Below are positions 20,115 to 32,836 of a stretch of DNA of 49,011 bases, one piece after another. The stretch lies in NCBI GenBank assembly GCA_965644295.1, contig CBFFRP010000206.1:1-49011 (forward strand), given 5' to 3'. The first letter of the stretch is position 1. Every line of letters starts with the position of its first letter. The notes beneath the pieces are model-generated. The model saw only the letters and a program-made list of their open reading frames with translations. It did not search any database and was not told where the DNA came from. The translations under genes were made by a program, and so were the position numbers. This DNA is from Paraphysomonas bandaiensis. Lineage: Eukaryota; Protista; Chrysophyceae.

Positions 20115-22607
20115 TGTTGAGTTTTGCTGTTTGAGCAATTAAAAGCTGTAATTCTAAGATATTGGAATTATGACGGTTACTGGAGAATACAGTAGTGATG
20201 AGCTGTATTATGAGAAGTGATATCATGACGATGTAAGATCGTACTAGAAATGAGTGGTAGTAGAGATAACGTGATATATTGCTTATTATATTTATTATTG
20301 TTGAGATCTGAAGATTCTATATACTTGCAATTGAGTGCAGTATTATGTGAGATGCAAGGATCGAAAGATATATATGTAATTAGTACATTATATTATGTAG
20401 TATGAAACTGAAGTAGAAGTGGATGACTATACAGGATACGATCACTGAGTGGGTGGTTTGTACACTATAGTAGTAAATGAATGGTGTTGAACACATCGAA
20501 CACAACTTAGGTTCTTTATCATGTAATGTTTATAATTTCATCTTATCAGTTGAGAATAGAAAACCTTAGCAAATAATGTCAACTTCTGTTAATTATAATC
20601 TTCTCTTATCTTAACTTGATTCATGAGTGAATACACGTCCAGTTAACTTAGTAAATCATCCAATTGTGTCATAACTTGACATGGTAGCGGATGGTAGTTG
20701 GAAGCAACTGCTGAAGTGTGACCATTGGAATGGAACTGGACAGAGAAGCAGGAGTACTGCTTTTTGTATAGTAGAAACATACAGTATATAGGATATAAAA
20801 CCAGTATTATTTTTGAAAATCGGGGTTTCATACGAACATAAGACAGAAAAAGTAGACTGGATTGATTATGTATGAACCCTCTGGAGAGACCCCGTATAAT
20901 TATCAGAATGATGTCTACTATCGCGTGTGGATGTAGTGTGAGCACGGTGATTCAGTTATGTGTCTGATTGTGTGGATTGGGGTGCAGTGCTATCGATGGA
21001 GGTGCGAGTGATCAGGAGTCGTGTCCATTGTGTTATATATGATGAGAGTAGTTCCTCATGAGATAGATGGAGTGCTATCGATGATGAGCTTGTCAAGAGT
21101 GACCCACTGGTTCGAGCTGTTGCAGAGTTCGGCCATCGTATAGTCGATATAGACGTGTATAACCGCCGGCTGTACTAAAAACCTCGTTCTTGTGACGACA
21201 AGAGAGGTGGGTCTTCATCTACGCCGGCTTCGTGGGGAACACACAATAAGTCTATTCGGCGGATGAGATTCCAGGGAAGAGAATGCCCCTTCGTACTTTG
21301 CCAGAGAGTAGTGCGGGTGCTGTATCTAATGAGACGGCTGTACTATAAAAACCTCGTTTTTGTGATGAAAAAAAGGGGTGGATCTTCATCTACACGCCGG
21401 CTTCGGGTGGTGCGCCCAATAAGTCTATACGGCGGATGAGATTCCAGGGAAGAAAATGTCCCTTCGTACTTTGCCTAGTGATACTGTGTATACTAAGTCT
21501 AGTGAGATCAGCGTGAATCGTGTCTGTGAGACTGTACCTGCTGAGTCTAGGGAGACTTGTGTGGTAAGCGTACGGGTGTTGACTAGTGTGTCCACCCTGG
21601 GTGAGGTAAACTTTCTCCATGATGAGGAGATTGTCAATCTGTGTGATGACAGTGACTGTTCTAATAACTAACATAATATGTCTAATTATAGAGAGACCAA
21701 GGCATAATATATGCGATGTTCGTTAATTGCGTTGATTCGTTTCAATATGTAAGTATCAGGCTATGTCTGCTGGCATGCGGGATCTGGTGTGGCTTCGGGG
21801 GGTGGTGTTGGTCGAACTGGGACTTCGATTGTACGAACCCACTCCATTCTTCCTGACAGCCAGAGCACTCGCGACTTAGCGTTGAAGTTGAATGATGTGG
21901 TGTGATTGATCTCAGTGACGAGGATAAGAAATCATACGTGCTGTTATCAGAGACAGAAGATCTTTCAATGTGTTGTCTATGGTGAGACTTGCTGAAACGT
22001 CGGAGTCATACGTCCACCGGTTTGTCCTATGAGGTTTTTTGGTGGTTGCGTACCCGTCAGTTATGTCTCGTGATATGAAGAGTCTATCTACAGCTTTGAA
22101 TTGAGAGGGAGTGTTGAGTTCTGCTGTTGGAGCAATTAAAAGCTGTAATTCTACCCATCAGTGATGTCTCGTGATGTTGTGAAGATTCAATGTACAACTG
22201 TTGAGGTTTTGGTGGTTGCGTATCCGTCAGTTATGTCTTGCGATGTGAAGATTCAATGTACAGCTCATGAGGTTGCGTATCCGTCAGCTATGACTCGTGG
22301 TTTGACAATTCAATGTACAGCTTTGAATTGAGAGGGAGTGTTGAGTTTTGCTGTTTGAGCAATTAAAAGCTGTAATTCTAAGATATTGGAATTATGACGG
22401 TTACTGGAGAATACAGTAGTGATGAGCTGTATTATGAGAAGTGATATCATGACGATGTAAGATCGTACTAGAAATGAGTGGTAGTAGAGATAACGTGATA
22501 TATTGCTTATTATATTTATTATAATCTTCTCTTATCTTAACTTGATTCATGAGTGAATACACGTCCAGTTAACTTAGTAAATCATCCAATTGTGTCATAA
22601 CTTGACA
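20115..22607 (+). mobile_element. Complete non-autonomous copia derivative (family A); LTRs 20115-20681 (interrupted) and 22339-22607
   Basis: TSD GAGAA on both sides, PBS TGGTAGCG at 20682, PPT before the 3' LTR. LTRs appear identical; no intact ORF. Confidence 0.92.
20299..20591 (+). mobile_element. Solo LTR of copia family B inserted in the family-A 5' LTR
   Basis: 293 bp, matching 43520-43812 except one SNP seen; TSD ATTAT. Confidence 0.95.
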
Positions 22608-22612
22608 GAGAA

Positions 22613-23203
22613 TACAGTGAAATATGGTGATGTACAAATAAATGCTGTGATGATATTGAGAAACTGAAATAGTTTGATCTTTCAAGATAATATGTTTAGA
22701 AACGAGAGGTTCAAAAATGTAGGAGATTATGCGTGGGACAAAATGAGATTGTGTTGTTTATTACAATTTCGTGTAAACGATATTAATTGATCTATCTACT
22801 GTAGTCTAACGACAAATAATTCTCTCTGAGATCTAGTTAAGAATGAGCAATTTCCAACAGGATGGTAGCGAGCAAGGAGGATAGAGAAGTAGCTCCGCAG
22901 TTCAACGAGAATAACGTTGAACAATGGATCGAGGATTTCGAGACATTCCTCATGAGAAAGGAGAATTAGCGGCGGAACTACTAAGGAAAGAGACTTCGGG
23001 GAACAGCCACTCACGCTAATGGAGAAGAAGGCTTACAGACAGGCTGTGAAGAAATACTGGAAGGCAAACGCCATAGCATATTCGTATTGCAGGGAAGCAA
23101 TGCAATCTTCTTCGAAGGCGCTTCAAAAGTTCTATCTGTTGCATAAAGGGTTCAAGGCCGATGGAAGTGGAAGTGTAACAGGTTTAAAGCACATGTTGTT
23201 ATG
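22613..23203 (+). mobile_element. 5' fragment of another copia element (LTR part, PBS, degenerate gag start)
   Basis: TGGTAGCG at 22863. MVASKEDREVAPQFNENNVEQWIEDFETFLMRK resembles the Gag starts of elements B and C. Confidence 0.55.
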
Positions 23204-23204
23204 A

Positions 23205-24605
23205 TCCAAAACCTCATCAGCTGTACATTGAACCTTCACAACATCACGAGACATAACTGACGGATACGCAACCACCAAAACCTCATAGAGGACAAACCGG
23301 TGGACGTATGACTCCGAAGTTTCAACTAGTCTCACCATAGACAACACATCTATATGATCTTCTGTCTCTGATAACCACCACGTATGATTTCTGATCCTCG
23401 TCGGATCAATCACACCACAACATTCAACGCTAAGTTACGAGCACTCTGGCCGTCAGGAAGAATGGAGTGGGTTCGAACAATCGAAGTCCCTGTTCGACCA
23501 CCACCTAAAGAAGCCATACCAGTTCCTGCATGCCAGCAGACATAGCCTGATACTTACACATTGAAACGAATCAACGCTATTAACGAACTTCGCATATATT
23601 GTGACTTGGTCTCTCTACAATTAGACATATATATTATGTTAGTTATTAGTGTACAGTTACTATCAACACACAGATTGACAATCTCCTTGTGATGGAGAAG
23701 GTTTACCTCTCACCCAGGGTGGACACACTAGTCAACACTCGTACGCTTACCACAAGTCTCCCTAGACTCAACAGATACAGCCTCTCACAGACACGATTCA
23801 CGCTGATCTCACTAGACTTAGTATACACAGTATCACTGGTCAGTCTACACTGAAAAGACTCGTCATAGGTCTCCGACTCTACATAGTTGCATTTTCCCCA
23901 CTTAGGAAATTGGTCACCCAGTGTGGACACATTAGTAACAACTCTTCGGGTGCGTACCCTTTTTGCCTGAGGCAGTCGGGTTAGCAGTTTGACTACTACT
24001 ACTAGGGACACACACGCTTGACTCTCTAGACGTAGCGCTAACGCATCTCTTGGGTAAGGCACTTGTGGGATCTCTAACCCCGATGAGTCATCTGCCGTAA
24101 ACTGTTTGGGTGTCCCACCCCCAGCCGACATCAATCGCTTCTCACCACCTGCCCCATCGTCACGGGTCGCAGGATTTTCGTACCACCAGCGTTTATACAT
24201 ATTGGTTAAAGATACAACATCCCCAACATGCAATGAAGTTGTTCTCCTCCATCTGCTCTCTACCAGCAGTTACTAAGGCTCTATAAGCCACAATCGGACC
24301 CTTCCGAACTACGACTCTCGCAGCTCTAAACAGGAAGCCTTCATCAGCTTGATGGTATGGTCCGATTAAATGGTTGAACTCTTCAACCTGTTGAGCATAA
24401 TCGATAGCAATCCATCGCATGAAGACACACTCTTGATCACTTGCACCCTCATCGATAGCACACTACAGCCCCATCCACACAATCAGACACATAATTGAAT
24501 CACCGTGCTCACACTCCATGCACATGAGATATTCTGATAAATATATGGGGTCTCTTCAGAGGGTTCATACATTCATCAACCACTATAACACAGCAAAACT
24601 CAACA
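23205..24605 (-). mobile_element. Inverted, deleted copy of the family-A non-autonomous element
   Basis: Reverse complement of 5300-6980-like sequence; LTR start TGTTGAGTTTTGCTG at 24605. Confidence 0.8.
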
Positions 24606-24838
24606 TGGTCTCTCAATATATGGCATCTCTGCAGTTCGCTTATTATTGACTAGTGACTGCTACTCTGGTTTTTACTCTCAGTGTGTATAAGTTCATATTC
24701 TCTCTATTATCTACGGTTCACTGATTATTTCATTGAGGGGTGTATTAGGATTAAGCTTAATACAAGATTGTATCTGTGAGTTATAATGTTCAATGAAATA
24801 TATCATGAACTGAATTAGAGAGAGTATCTGTTGAAGAT

Positions 24839-27800
24839 TGTTGAGTTCTGCTATATGAGAGCAATTGAAAGCTGTAGTTATAAGGTATTTAAATTACTGT
24901 AGTATACAGAGTTGTAGTCTTGTTAATCGTATTGTGAGAATGAATGACGATAAGCATATAGCGGTAAAACGGAATATAGTGACGATGCAAGTTGTAGTGA
25001 CGATGTAAGATCGTCGTACGAGAAATGAGTGGTAGTAGAGACAACATGATATTGATGAATGATAAGAGATATTGATTATAATTTATATTCTCAGCATTGA
25101 GTATAAGTTACCTTCTGTTGTTAAGTTAATACTTCTCATACAATGTCAAACCTTGATATGGTAGCGGACGGTAGTTCCGCAAGTAGTTCGGAATGGAAAC
25201 ACCTTCCGAAGTTCGGTCAGTTCGGTGTTGTGAACTGGACGAAGCGATTGAGAGTTTTTGGCTCATGAGAAAGAATCGGAACCATCTTGGGTTGGAAGAG
25301 CGACCGCATCGACCTGCTGACAATAATGCGTCCACAGCTGTGAAAAACAAGTATAAGGAAGACAGTTGTGTCAGTACATGTGTTATTCGACGAGAGCATT
25401 CCCCCCAGAGAGAAGGAGTACTTCGAGGAGCTGGAGGCTGCGTTAGTTAAACATGATCCCCAGGCTCGACAGGTTGAAGAGTTCAACCATTTGATTGGGT
25501 CTTACCATACCGATGAGGGTTTCCTGTTTAGGACTACGAGAGTCGTGGTTCGGAAAGGTCCGATTGTGGCTTATATAGAGCCTTAGTAACTGCTGGTAGA
25601 GAGCAGTTCAACTCCGATACATATAGCTGATGTAGTGAAAAACTAACTCAGTCGTATAATTTGCTCAGTGGCACGAAAATCCTGCGACCCGTGACGATGG
25701 GGCAGGTGGTGAGGAGCGATCGATGTCGGCTGGGGGTGGGACACCCAAACAGTCTACGGCAGATGACTCATCAGGGAGTGAGCAGACTCCATGTGCCTTA
25801 CCCGAGAGAAGCGTGAGCACTTCATCTAGAGAGACAAGTGTGTGTGTCCCTAGTAGTCAAACTGCTAACCCGCCGGTTGCTATAAGCAACAAGAGGGTAC
25901 GAACCCAAAGAGTGATGACCAACGTGTCTACTCTGGGTGAAATCAACTTCCTGTGTGGGGAAGATGCCGTTAATATGTGTAAGGCAAGTGATGACTCATT
26001 GATTACTGACCCGCCTGATTATAGGGAGCCTGAGTCGTACGAAGAGTCTCTTCAGTGTAGTGATGCAGACAAATGGAAGGAGGCGCGCAGATTAGAACGG
26101 AATGCACTTTTTCAGCGTGAAGTGTTTGAAGTAGTAGAAACTCCGCCTGATGCACGACCTCTTAAATCTCGTTACGTATATAAGCGAAAGTACAATAAGG
26201 ATGGCTCCATCAAGAAGCATAAAGCACGACTTGTAGCACGTGGGTATGGTTAACAATCTGGCGTCGATGTGGACAACACATTTGCCCCTGTAGTCAAGAG
26301 TATCTCTGTTCGGTTGATTCTGGCGTTGGCTCTTGTGTTCAGTATGATTGTGCATCAACTCGATGTTGTATCCAGTGCGTTCTGTTATGCCGATATTGAA
26401 GGCGACGTTTACATGAATCCTACTCCAGATTTTCAACTTCCACCTGGACATTGTTTTAAATTGAAGAAATCTCTATATGGGCTCCGTAGTTCACCACGAT
26501 AATGGTGGAAAACCATAAACAAGTTCATCAAATCTTTGGGATTTCGACCGTGTGTGTTAGAACCTTGCTTGTATCATGCTGTATATAAAGGTCATAAAGT
26601 GTATCTCACCATATATGTGGATGACATCGTCATCGCATGTGCTGACCTTAATATTACTACAGAAATAAAAGCTAGATTCTGCGAACGATTCAACATGACG
26701 GATATGGGAGCCGTTGAACATTTCCTGAATGTTCGTGTCACGCGAGGACAGGATTTCATTCAGCTGGATCAGCAGACATATGCGGAGAAAATTCTTCTCA
26801 AATTCGCTGATTTCCTCGGTCCCTCATCAAAAATTCGAAAGTCGCCGCTATCCCTCGATGCAAGCAATGGACAGAATTAATCAAGCAGACAGTGATCTCA
26901 CACCTGAGGAGAAAGAGGGAGTAGATAATTATCCTTATCGCAGCCTACTGGGTGCCATGTTATATCTATCTATGAATACTCGCCCTGATATTGCATATGC
27001 AGTTGGTTTGTTATCTAGATATGCATCTAAGCCTACCCGGGCTACATGTTATTTAATGACGTATCTATTGCAGTACGTTAGGGGTACAGTTCGAAAGGGT
27101 ATTCGGTTCAGTAGTAAGCACTTCGACATGCACATCTTCACTGATGCAGACTGGGCTGGCGATGTGGTGTCGCGCCGATCTACGACTGGATACATAGTAT
27201 TTGCCGCCGGTGGACCACTTATCTGGCAGTCCATTTTACAGGCTACCGTCTCAACGTCATCAATGAAAGTGAGTATTAGGCTATGTATGCTGGCATGCAA
27301 GAACTGGTATGGCTTCGGGGGGTGTTGGACGAATTAGGACTTTTTGTCTACGCGAACCCACTCCATTTTTCTTGGATAGCCAGAGTGCTCGTGACTTATT
27401 AGCATTGATACCGGTGTTCCATAAGCGTTCGAAACACATCGAGATCAAATATCATTGGGTTCGGGAACACGTAGATCCAGATGGCCTCTTTAACACTGCC
27501 ATATTGTACCACGTTGGAACTGATGATCAGACAGCAGACATATTCACGAAATCGTTGTGTGGTGTAACATTCGAGAAACACAGGAAGAGATGCCTAGGAG
27601 AGGATCGAAAATCATCTGTTGAGGTTATTAGAGAAAAGTCGTTCGAACGACGTAAGTGATCAGTTAACTGTGCAGTGAGACTAGCTGAAATGTCGGAGTC
27701 ATACGTCCACCTGTTGGTCCTGTTTGGTTTCGGTGGTTGCGTATCCGTCAGTTACGTCTTGTGATGTGAAGAGTCTATCTACAGCTTTGAATTGAGAGGG

Positions 27801-28120
27801 AGTGTTGAGTTCTGCTATATGAGAGCAATTAAAAGCTGTAGTTATAAGGTATTTAAATTACTGTAGTATACAGTTGTAGTCGTGTTAATCGTATTGTGAG
27901 AATGAATGACGATAAGCATATAGCGGTAAAACGGAATATAGTGACGATGCAAGTTGTAGTGACGATGTAAGATCGTCGTACGAGAAATGAGTGGTAGTAG
28001 AGACAACATGATATTGATGAATGATAAGAGATATTTATTATAATTTATATTCTCAGCATTGAGTATAAGTTACCTTCTGTTGTTAAGTTAATACTTCTCA
28101 TACAATGTCAAACCTTGATA
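24839..28120 (+). mobile_element. Internally deleted Ty1/copia element (family C); LTRs 24839-25158 and 27803-28120
   Basis: TSD AAGAT, PBS TGGTAGCG, PPT. The gag start is fused to the integrase C-terminus at ~25375. RT (YVDD) and RNase H (DADWAG) carry stops and frameshifts. Confidence 0.95.
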
Positions 28121-28200
28121 AAGATACATGATCGTCATCATAACGTCGTTATTATCAGCTACACTTCTAACTATTCCGTTGTGCATGATAGTTATGTTTA

Positions 28201-28370
28201 GATTGTTATGCATAATGCTCTCTCTATCGAGTTCATTACTTTACACCCTGATACCTAATAATCACAACACTGTTTTACTATTACTAAGATCAATTCTTTA
28301 TTCTGTATTCTTCATGTAACGGTCATTCTTCAAATCCTTTTTGATTGCTCTCAAACAGCAAAACTCAACA
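28201..28370 (-). repeat. Partial minus-strand copia-type LTR
   Basis: The minus strand starts TGTTGAGTTTTGCTGTTTGAG at 28370, like LTR-A. Confidence 0.55.
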
Positions 28371-28614
28371 CATTTTCAGCTATAGTCAGGTGTTGTCATC
28401 CTTTGACTATTATACGGTTACTGTATTCTGTATAGTTCTAAGTACAATACACATATTGTACTGAATTATGCACACGTGACAGCTGCTATGGAGTGAAACC
28501 AACACAAAATCAGGGCACTTAGCCTTTTACGGTGATAAAATTTCATGCCACATGTGCTGATAATACCAGCCAAAAACACAACGATTCATAGATTCTTTGC
28601 AAACTAACCATAAA

Positions 28615-30580
28615 CTACTCTTTGGTAACTTCATGAATTGCCTTTGCCAAGTATGCTACATTCCCCGACGTAACACCAGCAATGGATATACGACCATCTG
28701 AGGTACAGTATATATGGTACTCATCACGCAAGCGGTCCACCTATATGACGAAAACATGAGCTTAGCAATGAGTCACTCCCAGTATGATTTTCCACATACA
28801 ACAGACAAATATACGCAGTGCAAAGAAACACCTGCTCGCTATTGAGTCCACTATAGCAAAACATTCCAGATTGGTCCGTAATATGCTTCCATGACTTCGT
28901 TGACCCCGCTCCTTCAAGGTGGTTTCGGAGTGCAGATCGCATGCTAATAATTCTGTAGAGATATGTCAATCGCACCCAACATAAATATATATAAATTATA
29001 AACACCAACAGTGCGTAAATCACGTCAAACCATTTCTATAGTAAACTAGTATCAGCTGGAATGTACCGTTGAGTCATCCTCACACAGTCTCGTTGCCACA
29101 TTCGCTTCAAGTCTGGAGAAGTGAGTATCTCAGCAACAATACGTGCTCCATAAATAGGGGGGTTCGAATACATAGCTCTGCAGTCAGTCATATTATCACC
29201 AAATAATGATTACCGAAAATCGTACCTAGCATGACTCTTCAGTAGACTGAATACACGGTCTTTCTCATCTTCATTGGCAGTCACTACGGAAAGACTGCCA
29301 ATTCGTTGCCCATAAAGGCCAAAGTTCTTAGAAAAATAAACATTAAAAGTTCAAAATAGATACTTAATACCACGAACAACAGTGTGTCATGTATTCAAAA
29401 GTGCATTATATGTAGATCATGTGACATGCAGAGACAAGTTGGGAAAAATACATACTTTAGAGTAAGATTGACAAACCACTAAATTGTGTCCACTTTCAGC
29501 GAAATACCGTATAGTTTCAGCATCTCTCTCAGGGTCTCCACTCGAATACCCCTGTTGCCATTAATCATAGAACAAATTAGAATAACATTGTTGAATATAA
29601 TGCAGTATAAAGCGTAATTGTAAGAGAGTTACAGCTGCTACTTCGGATTAGTCATCGCACCTGATAGGCGTTGTCAAACAACACCACAAGATTTTTCCGC
29701 CTAACTGCATCTGAGATTATCTTCCACTGGTCCTTGGATGGATCACAGCCTGATATACATGTACATCGGTCAACTTTTGCCAAACAAGAGCAGCTATTTA
29801 CCAGTAGGATTGTGAGCACAAGCATGCATCAGAATAAGATCGCCTTCCTTCGTTTCGCTTATAGAATTAAGCATGCCGTCAATATCAAATGAACAACTAG
29901 TGGAATCATAGTAGTTGTACGGCACATGATTGAGGCCAGCAATACGAAATATATTAGTGTGGTTTGCCCAAGTAGGATTTGGAAGATATATATTTGCCCC
30001 ACGACCCTTCACCGATGCAAAACATTCCGCGAATAACCTCAGTGACCCAGTACCAGATAAGCATTGAACTGTTGCTACGCGATTATCCTAGTTGTAGCTG
30101 ATTAACACCCCAAGTATTGTAACACAATACAAAAATATCATGAATAATACATTTTTCACCTTCAATACAGTGGAGTTTTCGCCAAAAACGAACTGCTCAG
30201 AGAGTTTAATGAACAAATCATTCCCTTGGATTGCTGCATATCTAGTGACATGTAAGACCGGGAAAGTTTAAGTATATATAAGCCCTTACTCGTGATCGAC
30301 ATTCCGTTCAAATATACGCTTTTCAGCTTCCCTTACGGACGATAAAATAAAAGGCTTGCCGTTGTCATCCCTGTATGCCCCCACACCAAGGTTAATTTTC
30401 ATTTCAGCAGGGTCATTCTAGCACGTGATTAGACATTTAACGTTATCAGCTATTGTCATCAACCTTATACGCAGCTGTGAGTCCAAATATTTTATCAGGT
30501 GGAGCAAGAGGGACTTCTGCCCAGAGAGAAAATCGCCTTTTCGAGTATCTATGTAAGAGTGGAAGTTGGCACCTAAACAT
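28615..30580 (-). CDS. GOT2: Aspartate aminotransferase, mitochondrial type, ~9 introns
   Basis: MFRCQ...[72 protein letters not shown]. Confidence 0.92.
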
Positions 30581-30987
30581 CGATTCGATTGGAGCTCTTC
30601 AGTGGCCTACACACAAATCCTGTACAGCAATTATAATAATTGAGCTTTGTGTAACACGACCACTTTCAACAGACAGAAGTTGTTGATTGTAGGCGTAGTG
30701 TATAATACGCAGCAGTACATGATGCCGATTTTAGAAGGACGTACACAGTACAAATAGAGGTGGAATTGAATTGTGTAAATGAAAAAACTGCTAATTTTAG
30801 GTATCAAAATCAATAATAGTCCCCGTTTCTACAGGTCGAAAAATCCGTTTTTTCTAACATTTCTTCATTCTACACATCTTCATTTTCACTCTCTTCATGT
30901 GAATATTAACAACACTTCATATCGACTCAAAGTGACCTCAGCGAACTCCGTTTGAGCCATGTTTCCAAGTAAAAGACAGCTCCCATC

Positions 30988-31400
30988 ATGAATAATACAT
31001 CTGTTCCGAGCGAGAATCCGATAGCTGGTGCTGTTGACGATGAGGTATATGTTGCGACCTTCTCTGATCGGGTTATCAATGCTCTTTTGCCAACACAGGC
31101 AGCTGTATTACCTGAAAACACTAAATATCAGGCTGATATGAAGAAGTTTATATCAGGTACTGAACCACACTCTCTGATGGATGGAGTTCGCTGTCCAGGC
31201 TGCCACCAACACTACACAAGATATAAGGGTCTTGCGGGTCACTCCAAACAGACCAGAATGGATCAGCGACGAAAACCTCATACTAGCACCCTTGAGGAGA
31301 AATAAAACTGTTTTTTATGTTTGGCTGCTAAAATGGTACAAAACGAAGATGGCTTTCAATGCCTTCGCTGCCCTGTATATCAAACGGACGTAAACAGTTG
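30988..31400 (+). pseudogene. Small frameshifted ORF with Cys/His zinc-finger-like motifs
   Basis: CPGC-x12-H at ~31192-31245; a second CLRC motif in another frame at ~31359. Confidence 0.3.
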
Positions 31401-32836
31401 CAACAACTCATTCATCGTTGCTGCAAGGCTGGCAACTTGGAGGCATCTAACTGGAAGATGTATTTAATCTTGCATTTAATCACAGTTAAGTTGAATGGGA
31501 TCTAACTACACAAACAACTAAATGTAGTGTGTTGTACATATAACTTATAACATATTGGCAACATATTGTAATAAACTATATATACACATTCAGCTTCAAC
31601 ATTGGGTTAACAGAAACTCACTTCTATCCTAATTATTAATTATGATATTGACAGTCATAATGTATGTGATTTCATTATATTACACAATTATAGAGGAATC
31701 ACAATGATGAGTCAACTATCAAAAGGAGATCATCAAATAATCCAAGTCATCTTCCATCCTTTGTGGTAGATCATAATGATGTCAGTGAAATCAATCTATC
31801 TTCATAACCTGGACTTCGAATACAACTTCAAGAATATTACAGGAGAGTTTAAGTACCATATCTGATGCTGTATAGGTAGTTAAGAGCCGTAGCACCCAGC
31901 TCTTTCAGGGTTTCGGTCACTTCATGTTTATCAGGATTGTGTACCTCATCTCATACATACATAATTCAAATCAGGTGCACTCGCAGAGGTTAAGCGCGTT
32001 TATATAAATGTGATGGTGATGCTACTTAAGGTAATATAAAGCATCGTGCTTGAAACATTTGATACGGAAATCGAAAACGCGTTCTGAACTGCTTGCCTGA
32101 TGCAATGTGATATGTATATAATACAATACCAAAAGTCTAACTTGCATGAGTTATGGGGTCTCTTATCTTTGCACCCCTCAGCAGGAGTCCCCATGGCGTG
32201 TTGTCGTAGTCAATCCGTTCGTAGACATTTCTTCTTGCAATATACTATCCTCACTGGATGCTCGAGATTGCTTCATGAGCTGTTAGATCAAGGATATTCT
32301 CTTCTTTTTATGCACTGACAACTTTCGGAACAATGTACCCACGCGAAATATCATGCTACCAACTTTACACAGTCGTATCGGCATCCTTTGTATATTTTTG
32401 TTAAAAGATGCCTCATATATTGAGACAATAATTATCTGTATTACAGCCGTAGTTGTATATCAGTAATAAAGACATTATTTGCTTCAATTTATTCCCGAAA
32501 AATAAGATGCTGACTCAGTTGTGTCGATGAGCAGAAATTTATAATTCTAAAAAAAATCGCTGTTTTGTGTCGTTTTGTCTTTCTGTGTTTCTGTATACTA
32601 CGTACTGCTGTACACCACGCTACGAAGAGCAGAGTACCAAGCAGACTTTTGCTTCAATAGACATGCAATTACCAGACCTCGTTGGCAATTTACAGAATAT
32701 ATCCATCAGTACATATAGTGCGTATACAACACTGTGGACCTAGAGATCAAGTAACGTGGTTAGATTATGACTATGACTGATGTGATCATGAGTGTGCACA
32801 TATCAGACTTTAATAACCTCAGTATCATGTTTTAAT

